Program-made: the position numbers and the translations under genes
In this document: positions 49,676 through 59,221 of the stretch, piece by piece
Numbering within the stretch: the stretch's first letter is position 1
Layout: each line of letters opens with the position of its first letter
Assembly (NCBI GenBank): GCA_947464275.1
Contig: CANHVU010000001.1
Coordinates: forward strand, 122,993 to 186,992
Direction of reading: 5' to 3'
DNA from: Bacteroidota bacterium
GTDB taxonomy: Bacteria > Bacteroidota > Bacteroidia > UKL13-3
DNA: 64,000 bases
The notes under the pieces: model-generated
The model's input: only the letters and a program-made list of their open reading frames with translations
What the model was told of the DNA's origin: nothing
Databases searched by the model: none

Positions 49676-50920
49676 TTGATCAAGTATAATCAATATCAAT
49701 TGCCAAATGGCTTAACTGTAATTCATCATTTTGATGATAGCACACAACTTTGTGTTTTAAATTTACTTTATAACGTAGGTTCAAAACACGAAAATCCTAA
49801 CAAAACGGGCTTTGCGCATTTGTTTGAACATTTGATGTTTGGCGGATCTATCAACATTGAAGATTTTGACACTGAGCTTCAAGACGCTGGAGGAGAAAGC
49901 AACGCATTCACCAGTAACGATATAACCAATTATTACTTAACACTTCCTGCAAATAACATAGAAACAGGCTTTTGGCTTGAAAGCGACAGAATGTTAAGCT
50001 TGGACTTTAACCAAGAAAGTTTAGATATTCAGCGCAATGTAGTTATTGAAGAATTTAAGGAAAGATACCTGAATCAACCTTATGGAGATGTATGGTTAAA
50101 AATATTACCCTTAGCGTATAAAGTTCATCCTTACAGTTGGCCTACCATTGGCAAAGAAATTAGCCATATTGAAAATGCGACACTTGATGATGTAAAAGCT
50201 TTTTTCAAAAACTTTTATTGCCCAAATAATGCCGTATTAGTTATTGCCGGAAATATTGATTTTGATAAATGTAAAGCGTTGATTAGTAAATGGTTTGAAC
50301 CTATTCCGGCTCAAAATTACGTGAAACCTAATTATGAACAAGAACCCATTCAAACTGAAGCAAGATATGAAACTGTTTATGCTGATGTACCAGCAAACAT
50401 GATTGTAAAAGCCTATCATATGCCTGCAAGAACAGATGAAAAATATTATGCAGCAGATATGTTAACTGATATTTTAGGAGCAGGTAAGTCTTCAAGATTT
50501 TACACTGAATTGGTTAAAAATAAAAACCTTTTTAGCGAGTTAGATGCCTATATCAGTGGTGATGTAGAAGCCGGATTATTGATGATTGAAGGAAAAATCA
50601 GTGAAGGTGTTTCGGTTGAAGCTGCAGAAAAAGCTATTTTAGATTTATTGGAAAACTTTAAACAAAATGGAGTAGGAGAGGATGAATTAACCAAAATAAA
50701 AAACAAGTCAGAAACGAATATTCGTTTCAATGATATGACTGCACTTAACAAAGCTATGAAATTAGCTTATGCGTGGGTTTTAGGCGATGTAGAATTGGTT
50801 AATAAGGAAATTGATTTATACTTAAAAGTTACTCAGGAAGACATTTTAAAAGCCTCTAACGAAATAATTACTCCCAACAATTGTTCAACCCTTTATTACC
50901 TTTCAAACCATGCTAAATAG
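49676..50920 (+). CDS. M16 family zinc peptidase (active subunit)
   Basis: Inverted zinc motif HLFEHLMFGGS (HxxEH). Apparent TTG start. Confidence 0.75.
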   Translation: MIKYNQYQLPNGLTVIHHFDDSTQLCVLNLLYNVGSKHENPNKTGFAHLFEHLMFGGSINIEDFDTELQDAGGESNAFTSNDITNYYLTLPANNIETGFWLESDRMLSLDFNQESLDIQRNVVIEEFKERYLNQPYGDVWLKILPLAYKVHPYSWPTIGKEISHIENATLDDVKAFFKNFYCPNNAVLVIAGNIDFDKCKALISKWFEPIPAQNYVKPNYEQEPIQTEARYETVYADVPANMIVKAYHMPARTDEKYYAADMLTDILGAGKSSRFYTELVKNKNLFSELDAYISGDVEAGLLMIEGKISEGVSVEAAEKAILDLLENFKQNGVGEDELTKIKNKSETNIRFNDMTALNKAMKLAYAWVLGDVELVNKEIDLYLKVTQEDILKASNEIITPNNCSTLYYLSNHAK

Positions 50921-52190
50921 AACACAAGCACCATTTGCTGCTGAAATTACCAATATAAAAATTAAGGAAGCGGTTGAAAATACCTTACAAAATGGAATAA
51001 AAGTTTATGCCATAAATGTGGGTAATGAAGAGGTTTTAAAACTTGATTTTATATTTAATGCAGGAGCTATAGCCCAGCAAATAAAGGGACAGGCAAACTT
51101 TACAGCCAAAATGTTAAGTGAAGGAACTAGTAAATATTCTGCCGCAGAAATAGCTGAAAAACTAGACTTTTATGGTGCCTATTTTCAAGCTAAAAGCGGA
51201 ACTGATGAAGCCACACTAACGTTGTATTGTATCAATAAACACTTAGCTAATTGTTTGCCATTTATTGTTGAAATACTTACAGATAGTATTTTTCCTGAAA
51301 AAGATTTAGCTATTTTAAAGAAAAATACCATCCAAAACTTAATAGTTAATGAAGAAAGAAATTCTTATTTGGCTAGGAGAGTTTTCAATCAATCGGTGTT
51401 TGGGAATACTGTGTACGGAAGTTTTTCTACAAAAGAAGATATTCAGAATATTGACAGAAAAGATTTGGTAAGTTTTTATAAAACACATTACCAGCAAGGA
51501 ATCAAGTATATTATCGTTTCTGGTTTTGTAAATGATACTGTAATAAACACCATTTCAAGCAATTTTGGAACTAGTACATTCTCAAAAAATTCTGATTTAA
51601 AAACTTCTTATCAAGGTAAAACATTTGTACAAGAAAATATTTTCATAGAAAAAACATCATCAGTTCAAAGCGCCATTAGAATTGGTAAAAAATTATTCAA
51701 TCGAAATAACCCTGATTTCAGAGAAATTCAGTTATTAAACTTAATTCTTGGTGGTTATTTTGGATCACGATTAATGAAAAATATTCGAGAAGAAAAAGGG
51801 CTTACTTACGGTATATATTCAGCAATTGAAGCTTATCCAAATGATGCATGCTGGTATATAGATACTGAAATAAATAATGATTTATGTGAACAAGGAATAG
51901 AAGAAATCTATAAAGAAGTAAAGAAACTATGTACTGAAAAAATAGGAACTGATGAATTGAGAGTTGCTAAAAACTATCTTTTAGGTTCATTTTTGAGAAG
52001 TATAGATGGCCCTTTTAGTTTAGCCGATAGATTTAAAATACTACAAGATTATAACTTAACCTATCAATATTATTACCAGTATATTGAGATTATAAAGAAT
52101 AGCACACCTGAAAGATTAATAGAACTTGCCAATAAATATTTAAACGAAGAAACTTTTACAAAAGTAAGAGTAGGTGCTAATACCAAATGA
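50910..52190 (+). CDS. M16 family peptidase (non-catalytic/partner subunit)
   Basis: Pitrilysin-like fold without HxxEH. It overlaps the upstream gene by 11 nt. Confidence 0.65.
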   Translation: MLNRTQAPFAAEITNIKIKEAVENTLQNGIKVYAINVGNEEVLKLDFIFNAGAIAQQIKGQANFTAKMLSEGTSKYSAAEIAEKLDFYGAYFQAKSGTDEATLTLYCINKHLANCLPFIVEILTDSIFPEKDLAILKKNTIQNLIVNEERNSYLARRVFNQSVFGNTVYGSFSTKEDIQNIDRKDLVSFYKTHYQQGIKYIIVSGFVNDTVINTISSNFGTSTFSKNSDLKTSYQGKTFVQENIFIEKTSSVQSAIRIGKKLFNRNNPDFREIQLLNLILGGYFGSRLMKNIREEKGLTYGIYSAIEAYPNDACWYIDTEINNDLCEQGIEEIYKEVKKLCTEKIGTDELRVAKNYLLGSFLRSIDGPFSLADRFKILQDYNLTYQYYYQYIEIIKNSTPERLIELANKYLNEETFTKVRVGANTK

Positions 52191-53926
52191 TAAAAAAGCT
52201 TTACATATTATTTCTTTTGTTTATTACAGCAAATATTGCTCAGGCACAGTATTGCTCAAAATTAAGAAGAATATGTAGAGCAAATTTAAATAACGATATT
52301 TTTTGGAACTATAATCAAAGTGTTCCATGTGGAACATTTAAAGAATACAGAATATATGGAAGGGATAAAACATCGAATCCATACATCTTGCTAAATACGG
52401 AAACAAACCAAAACATAATAAATTGGAGTCATTTAAATGCTAACGTACCTAGTAATAAAAACTGGGATTATTATGTTGAAACTGTTTTTAATTGTTCAGG
52501 TGTTGATAATTTATGTTATTCAGATACTCAAAATGTATCTGAATTTTATTTACCTAAAAGTAAAATAGCTTATGTAACTGTTGATATATTGACCAATAAA
52601 CCAATAATAGTTTGGGAACAAAATACATTTCCTAGTTTTTGGTATATAGATTTGTTTAATGACAATGCAATAAAAACAGGAATTGTAGATACTTTTTTTA
52701 TTGATAATGTTACTGGACTAAATCCTAAATCAGGTAGTTTAAAATATGTAATCGCGGCAGTTGATAGTTGTACCAAAAGATGGGATTATCTTCCAGAAGA
52801 TTATCATTACACCATTTATAGTACAGCCAGTATTGATACTTGTGTAAATAGAATAAGCTTAAATTGGACAAAATATATCGGTTGGGGTAATAATATAAAA
52901 TACTACTATATTTATAAAAATGTTAATGGTGCAGGTTTTCAATTGATAGATAGCGTTTCAAATACAACAACAAATTATATAGATAGAATAAATAGTAATG
53001 AGACTATTGATTATTATATTATGGCGGTAAATAATACAAATGAAAAATATAAAAGTAATTCAAACTTAGTAACATTGGTATCTGGTAAAAGAATTGCAAA
53101 TCATGATTTAAAAATAAATTATGTAACTTTAAATAATTACATCAATATAAATATAAACTTTAATCAATTCTCGGATATTGACTCAATACAAATTTTAAAA
53201 TCAAATAATAACCAAACCTATTTATTATTTAAAAAAGTAAAAACTACAAATTCTCCATTAAATGAAATAGATAATAGCGAAGATGGAAATAGAAGAGTAT
53301 ACTATTATTTAGTTTCTAAAAATTCTTGTAATCAATGGACTGATACAACCAAAATTTCTAGTAATATATATTTAGAACAACAAGAAGAAATAATAGAAAA
53401 TAAACTATGGTGGAATACATATTCCACGTGGAACAGTGGCATAGAAAAATACGTAATATACAGAGAAACAAGGCTTAACGCACAAATAATTAATCCTTTT
53501 TCACAAAGATACGTTGGAATAGATACCAACTATAAGGATAATATAAGCGATAATACTATTGATGGTTCTACATTATGTTATAAGGTTATCGGTACTGAAA
53601 ACATAAGTGGTCATACCAGTCAATCAAATACAGTATGTATTGTTGGAGGAATGAAAGTTTATTTTCCAGATGGAGTTATTGCAAGAAATTCTTCTAATGT
53701 TTTTAAACCCATTGGTGTTTATATAGATTATAAAAAATCTAAAATGTATATTTATAACAGGTGGGGTAAATTAGTTAAAGAAATAACTGATTTAAATATT
53801 GGATGGGATTTAACCGATGAAAATAATAATTTTGCAGAAACTGATACCTACGTATATGATGCAAAAATGGTTGGATTAGATGGAAAAGAAATAAACAAAT
53901 CAGGAACTATAACAGTTATAAGATAA
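52187..53926 (+). CDS. T9SS type-B sorting-domain (gliding-motility-associated C-terminal domain) protein
   Basis: Signal peptide is present. Type-B CTD ...MYIYNRWGKLVKEI...GWDLTDENNNFAETDTYVYDAKMVGLDGKEINKSGTITVIR. Confidence 0.7.
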   Translation: MIKKLYILFLLFITANIAQAQYCSKLRRICRANLNNDIFWNYNQSVPCGTFKEYRIYGRDKTSNPYILLNTETNQNIINWSHLNANVPSNKNWDYYVETVFNCSGVDNLCYSDTQNVSEFYLPKSKIAYVTVDILTNKPIIVWEQNTFPSFWYIDLFNDNAIKTGIVDTFFIDNVTGLNPKSGSLKYVIAAVDSCTKRWDYLPEDYHYTIYSTASIDTCVNRISLNWTKYIGWGNNIKYYYIYKNVNGAGFQLIDSVSNTTTNYIDRINSNETIDYYIMAVNNTNEKYKSNSNLVTLVSGKRIANHDLKINYVTLNNYINININFNQFSDIDSIQILKSNNNQTYLLFKKVKTTNSPLNEIDNSEDGNRRVYYYLVSKNSCNQWTDTTKISSNIYLEQQEEIIENKLWWNTYSTWNSGIEKYVIYRETRLNAQIINPFSQRYVGIDTNYKDNISDNTIDGSTLCYKVIGTENISGHTSQSNTVCIVGGMKVYFPDGVIARNSSNVFKPIGVYIDYKKSKMYIYNRWGKLVKEITDLNIGWDLTDENNNFAETDTYVYDAKMVGLDGKEINKSGTITVIR

Positions 53927-54339
53927 TGATATACTATAATAATATAGATGATAAATATATAATTAAAGAAAAAAGAAAAATAAATAATTGGATAAAATTA
54001 TGTATAGATGAAGAAGGAAAAGAAATAAATACCATTTCATTTAATCTTTGTAGTGATGAATATATATTACAACTAAATAATGAAGTACTACAACATGATT
54101 ATTATACTGATATAATCACTTTTGAGTTGAACGAAAAAAATGAACCAATTGAAGGTGATATATATATAAGCATTGATAGGGTAAAAGATAATGCCAAAAT
54201 ATTAAATATACCTTTTATAACTGAACTACAAAGAGTAATAATACATGGGGTTTTACATTTATGCGGTTATAAAGATAAAAACACTGAAGAAGAAAAACAG
54301 ATGCGTGAAAAAGAAAACTATTATTTAAATAAAATATAA
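53926..54339 (+). CDS. ybeY: rRNA maturation RNase YbeY
   Basis: Metal-binding motif HGVLHLCGYKD. Length 137 aa. Its start overlaps the upstream stop. Confidence 0.85.
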   Translation: MIYYNNIDDKYIIKEKRKINNWIKLCIDEEGKEINTISFNLCSDEYILQLNNEVLQHDYYTDIITFELNEKNEPIEGDIYISIDRVKDNAKILNIPFITELQRVIIHGVLHLCGYKDKNTEEEKQMREKENYYLNKI

Positions 54340-54341
54340 AA

Positions 54342-54355
54342 GTTCCACGTGGAAC
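54342..54355. promoter_or_regulatory. perfect 14-bp palindrome GTTCCACGTGGAAC in the 29-bp ybeY-mnmG gap
   Basis: Read directly. It is a member of a locally over-represented TTCCACGTGGAA family. Confidence 0.5.
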
Positions 54356-54368
54356 AAGGAGAAAAATA

Positions 54369-56231
54369 ATGTTAGGACAATACGATATAATAGTAGTAGG
54401 AGCAGGACATGCAGGATGTGAGGCTGCTGCTGCTGCTGCAAACATGGGAAGTAAGGTTTTACTTATAACAATGGATATGAATAAAATTGCTCAGATGAGT
54501 TGTAATCCAGCAATGGGAGGGGTAGCTAAAGGTCAAATAGTTAGAGAAATAGATGCTTTAGGAGGTTATTCTGGAATTGTAACAGATAATTCAGCTATTC
54601 AATTTAGACTACTAAATAGATCTAAAGGGCCCGCAATGTATAGCCCAAGAGCACAAAGCGATAGAATGTTATTTTCACAATATTGGAGAGAACATTTAGA
54701 ACAAATTCCTAATGTAGATTTTTGGCAAGATATGGTTAGTGGCCTGTTAATTGAAAATGGAAAATTAGTAGGAGTTAAAACTGGAATGGGAATGAATATC
54801 TACTCAAAAGCAGTAGTTTTAACCAACGGAACTTTTTTAAATGGAATTATTCATATAGGACAAAAACAATTTGGTGGCGGAAGAATAGGAGAAAAAGCTG
54901 CAAGTGGAATAACAGAACAATTAATCAATTTGGGTTTTGAAAGTGGCAGGATGAAAACTGGAACTCCACCAAGGGTAGATGGCAGAACATTGAACTATGA
55001 GGCAATGGAAATTCAAGAAGGTGATGAAAATCCAGGTAAGTTTTCTTATACAAATACTAAACCATTAACCAATCAAAGACCATGTTGGATAACTTATACC
55101 AACGAGAAAGTTCACGATATATTGAGAACAGGCTTTGATGATTCTCCCATGTATACAGGAAGAATAAAAGGTTTAGGCCCAAGATATTGTCCTTCCATAG
55201 AAGATAAAATAAACAGATTTGCTGAAAGAGATAGACATCAAATATTTGTAGAACCTGAAGGTTGGAATACTGTAGAGATTTATGTAAATGGATTTTCTAC
55301 TTCATTACCTGATGAAATACAATTGAAAGCAATGCGATTAATTCCGGGCTTTGAAAATGCAAAAATGTTTAGACCAGGTTATGCAATTGAATATGATTAT
55401 TTTCCACCTACCCAATTAAAACTTACATTAGAAACCCATCTAATGGAAAACTTGTATTTTGCCGGACAAATAAATGGAACAACTGGATACGAAGAAGCTG
55501 CATGTCAAGGATTAATGGCTGGTATAAATGCACATTTAAAAATTAAAGAAAAAGAAGAATTTATTCTAAAAAGATCAGAAGCTTATATTGGAGTTTTAAT
55601 TGACGATTTGGTAAACAAAGGAACTGACGAACCTTATAGAATGTTTACCTCAAGAGCTGAATATAGAATCTTGTTACGTCAAGATAATGCAGATATTAGA
55701 TTAACAGAAATTGGTAATAAAATTGGTTTAGCAAGTGATGAAAGACTTGAAAATGTTAAACAAAAAATTGAAAACACCAACGAAATTATTAAACATTTTA
55801 AGAAGACCTCTGTAACACCAGACGAAATAAATCCGTTATTGGAAGAGTACAATACTACACCGATTCCTCAAAACTATAAATTAATGCAAATTGTAACTAG
55901 GCCACAATTAGATATTAATATTTTAAAAGACAAGGTGGAATCAATTGAAAAATTTTTAAATACATACAACGAAGACGAAATACTTCAAGCTGAAATATTG
56001 ATGAAATATGAAGGCTATCTAGAGAAAGAACAATTGATGGTTGAAAAAATGAATCGATTAGAAAATGTAAATATTAATGAAGATTTTGATTTTACATCAA
56101 TTCATAACTTAAGTAGTGAAGCTCGACAAAAATTAAATAAACAAAAACCAAGAACTTTAGGCCAAGCAGCAAGAATAAGTGGAATATCTCCTTCTGATAT
56201 TTCAGTTTTAATGATACATTTGGGCCGATAA
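54369..56231 (+). CDS. mnmG: tRNA uridine-5-carboxymethylaminomethyl(34) synthesis enzyme MnmG (GidA)
   Basis: FAD motif YDIIVVGAGHAGCEAA. Length 620 aa. C-terminal GidA helical domain. Confidence 0.92.
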   Translation: MLGQYDIIVVGAGHAGCEAAAAAANMGSKVLLITMDMNKIAQMSCNPAMGGVAKGQIVREIDALGGYSGIVTDNSAIQFRLLNRSKGPAMYSPRAQSDRMLFSQYWREHLEQIPNVDFWQDMVSGLLIENGKLVGVKTGMGMNIYSKAVVLTNGTFLNGIIHIGQKQFGGGRIGEKAASGITEQLINLGFESGRMKTGTPPRVDGRTLNYEAMEIQEGDENPGKFSYTNTKPLTNQRPCWITYTNEKVHDILRTGFDDSPMYTGRIKGLGPRYCPSIEDKINRFAERDRHQIFVEPEGWNTVEIYVNGFSTSLPDEIQLKAMRLIPGFENAKMFRPGYAIEYDYFPPTQLKLTLETHLMENLYFAGQINGTTGYEEAACQGLMAGINAHLKIKEKEEFILKRSEAYIGVLIDDLVNKGTDEPYRMFTSRAEYRILLRQDNADIRLTEIGNKIGLASDERLENVKQKIENTNEIIKHFKKTSVTPDEINPLLEEYNTTPIPQNYKLMQIVTRPQLDINILKDKVESIEKFLNTYNEDEILQAEILMKYEGYLEKEQLMVEKMNRLENVNINEDFDFTSIHNLSSEARQKLNKQKPRTLGQAARISGISPSDISVLMIHLGR

Positions 56232-56236
56232 AAAAT

Positions 56237-57127
56237 ATGGAAAAATTAACTACCTGTTTAGTTTGTGGAAATACTGAATTTACCACAGAACTTACTTGCA
56301 AAGATTTTGTAGCAACCAACGAAAATTTTGAGCTAAATAGATGTTCAAACTGTAGCTTTTTATTTACCAATCCAAGACCAAATACTGAAGAAATTGGCAA
56401 GTATTATCAAAGCGATAAATACGTATCACATGCTGGAAAAAAGGAAGGACTTGGCCTAATGTATAAAGTTTATGATATAGTAAGAAATTATAGCATTAAA
56501 GAAAAACTTGATTTAATAAAAAACTATAACACAACAGGTAGTTTAATGGATTTAGGTTGCGGATTGGGTTATTTTTTACATGGAGCTGTAATGGATAAAA
56601 CATTTAATTGTATAGGAGTAGATGTTAGCGATGATGCAATTAATTATGTAAAATCTACCTTTGGTTATGAAGTAAAAAATGAGAATGAATTAGATAATTT
56701 TGAACATAAAAATTTTGATGTTATAACCCAATGGCACGTATTAGAACATGTACATTATTTAAATGAACGAATGGTTCAATTAAGCAATTTGTTGAAAGAT
56801 GATGGAACCATGTTTATAGCTGTTCCAAATTCAGATAGTTGGGATGCTAAAAACTACAAACAATTTTGGGATGGTTATGATGTACCAAGACATTTGTATC
56901 ATTTCAATCAAAAAAGTTTTACATTATTAATGGAAAAACATGGCTTCAAAATTGTAGATACAAAACCATTATTATTTGATGCACCATACATTTCCATGAG
57001 AAGCGAAACACATAAGCAAAATAATTTTACTATGATAAGAGGAGCAGTAAATGGAATTATTTCAAATAATAATGCAAGCATAAAAGGTGATTATTCGTCA
57101 TTACTTTTTGTGGTAAAAAAAGCTTAA
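56237..57127 (+). CDS. class I SAM-dependent methyltransferase with N-terminal zinc-ribbon
   Basis: Cys pairs CLVCGN...CSNCSF. SAM motif LMDLGCGLGYF. Confidence 0.65.
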   Translation: MEKLTTCLVCGNTEFTTELTCKDFVATNENFELNRCSNCSFLFTNPRPNTEEIGKYYQSDKYVSHAGKKEGLGLMYKVYDIVRNYSIKEKLDLIKNYNTTGSLMDLGCGLGYFLHGAVMDKTFNCIGVDVSDDAINYVKSTFGYEVKNENELDNFEHKNFDVITQWHVLEHVHYLNERMVQLSNLLKDDGTMFIAVPNSDSWDAKNYKQFWDGYDVPRHLYHFNQKSFTLLMEKHGFKIVDTKPLLFDAPYISMRSETHKQNNFTMIRGAVNGIISNNNASIKGDYSSLLFVVKKA

Positions 57128-57143
57128 TTCTTATATTTTAAAA

Positions 57144-58748
57144 ATGAAATTATTTAAAAAAACTGTTTTATTTGGTTTAGTAATATTGGCAAGTTGTGCT
57201 CAAATTGTTGCGCCTACAGGTGGGCCAAAAGATGAGATTGGGCCTAAAGTATTAGAAGTATTACCCAAAGATAAAACAGTTAAATTTTCAGCCATCAATC
57301 AGGATGTAAGAATAAGGTTTGATGAATTTATTCAACTAAAAGATCCTAGTAAGCAAATAGTGATGAGCCCACCTTTAAAACAAGCTCCCGAATATTTGAT
57401 AACAGGCAAAGAACTAAGAATAAAATTCAAAGAACCTTTAGCTAATAATACTACATATACCATAAACTTTGGTAATGCAGTAACTGATAATCATGAAGGA
57501 ATAGTAGCTATCAATTTACAATATACTTTTTCAACAGGAAATTATATTGACAGCAATTTTATAAAAGGAAAAGTAAGAAATGCTTTTACCGATTTACCCG
57601 CAGAAGGTGTAATAGTTTCATTATATAAAAAGTCTAATTTTACTGATACAACTATTTATAAATTCAATCCAACTTATTTTACCAAAACTAAAGCAGATGG
57701 AACATTTATTATTGAAAATATGCCAGCTGATGAGTTTTATTTATATGCCTATAAAAAGGAAGGTATAGATTTAAAATACGCAAAAAACGATAGTGTCGCA
57801 ATAAACAAATTAGAAGTAAATACAGGAAGTAACAACGGTTTTTGTAACTTATTTTTATTTAAACCGAACGAGTATAAACTCAATAAATTATTTGATACCA
57901 GTTCTAATCAAATAGGTGTGTATAATTTTACTGTATATAAGCCTACTTCATTTCAAGTAAGTTTAGATAATGGAAACAAAGTATTTCAAAAAATAATTAA
58001 AGGAACAAATTTTATCGATACAGTTAAAGCATTTGTTGAAAATAATATAGAAGTACCAAAGTTTAAAATAAATGCATTAGACACGAGTTTTTCTATCAAA
58101 ATAACACCAAAAAAGAAAAGTAAGCTAGCAGAATTAAATTTAACAGCCAAAACTGACATCAATCCATTAGATACTTTTATAGTAGAAGCATCGCTTCCGA
58201 TAAGAAATTTTATTAAAGATAGCATCATATTTAAAGAAGACACATTAGTAGTGAAACCACAACTATATGATTATCAAAATAATACATTTAAATTTAGATT
58301 TTACACAAATTGGAAAGAATCAACAAAATACAGCATTATTTTAAAAGATTCCGCTATACAAGATATTTATGGAAACTACAATAAATCAAGTACTTACAAT
58401 ATAAATATAAAACAATTTAAAGATTACGGAAACTTAGTATTAAATGTAGAATTAGAAGGTGCAAAACACAATTATATTTTACAATTACTAAATAAAAATA
58501 CCAATGAAGTAATTAGAGAATTTAATGTTAACAAAAGCACTCAACTGAAATTAGAGTATTTAAACCCGGTAGAAGCAAAAATTAAAGTAATAGAAGACTT
58601 GAATAACAATGGATTATGGGATAATGGAGACTTGGAAAACATGATTTTACCAGAGAAAGTATTTAACTACAATCAAGTGTTTAATATCAGGGCTTACTGG
58701 GACTTGGAACAAAACGTTAACATTAACGCTATAATTAACCAACAATAA
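57144..58748 (+). CDS. Ig-like domain-containing lipoprotein (hypothetical)
   Basis: Lipobox ILASC. N-terminal region resembles the SbsA/BIG-like Ig fold pattern. Confidence 0.4.
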   Translation: MKLFKKTVLFGLVILASCAQIVAPTGGPKDEIGPKVLEVLPKDKTVKFSAINQDVRIRFDEFIQLKDPSKQIVMSPPLKQAPEYLITGKELRIKFKEPLANNTTYTINFGNAVTDNHEGIVAINLQYTFSTGNYIDSNFIKGKVRNAFTDLPAEGVIVSLYKKSNFTDTTIYKFNPTYFTKTKADGTFIIENMPADEFYLYAYKKEGIDLKYAKNDSVAINKLEVNTGSNNGFCNLFLFKPNEYKLNKLFDTSSNQIGVYNFTVYKPTSFQVSLDNGNKVFQKIIKGTNFIDTVKAFVENNIEVPKFKINALDTSFSIKITPKKKSKLAELNLTAKTDINPLDTFIVEASLPIRNFIKDSIIFKEDTLVVKPQLYDYQNNTFKFRFYTNWKESTKYSIILKDSAIQDIYGNYNKSSTYNINIKQFKDYGNLVLNVELEGAKHNYILQLLNKNTNEVIREFNVNKSTQLKLEYLNPVEAKIKVIEDLNNNGLWDNGDLENMILPEKVFNYNQVFNIRAYWDLEQNVNINAIINQQ

Positions 58749-59221
58749 GGTAATAGTTAGCCACATTTCTAAAATAAAAAGTGGATAGCAAAACAAAATA
58801 TTTGTGGATATGTAATAACTACCAATTTATGCCAATTACACCCACAGTAAACTAACAAATTAAGTGCGACATTTTATAAACAATCACATGTTAATGTCGC
58901 ATTTAACATGCTGTTTATAAATAGCTAACCTTAACATAATAAGTACTTTATAAAAAGTACAAAATGTTAGTTAAATTTGATAAGCTATAAAACAAGTATT
59001 TAAAAAAAAGTTATTCTATAAACTAACAGCATATACTATTATTACAATTATATCTTTAAAATAATTTATAATACATTTACAGTGTGGGTATCCCGCACCG
59101 TTTTATTTTTAAATGGAATACTTATGTTTGCAGTGTTAAAATTTCAAAATTAAAAACTCCTGAATCCCGCACCATTTGTTACTAATTTTGAAAAAAGAAA
59201 ATTTAAATTTTAAAATAAAAA

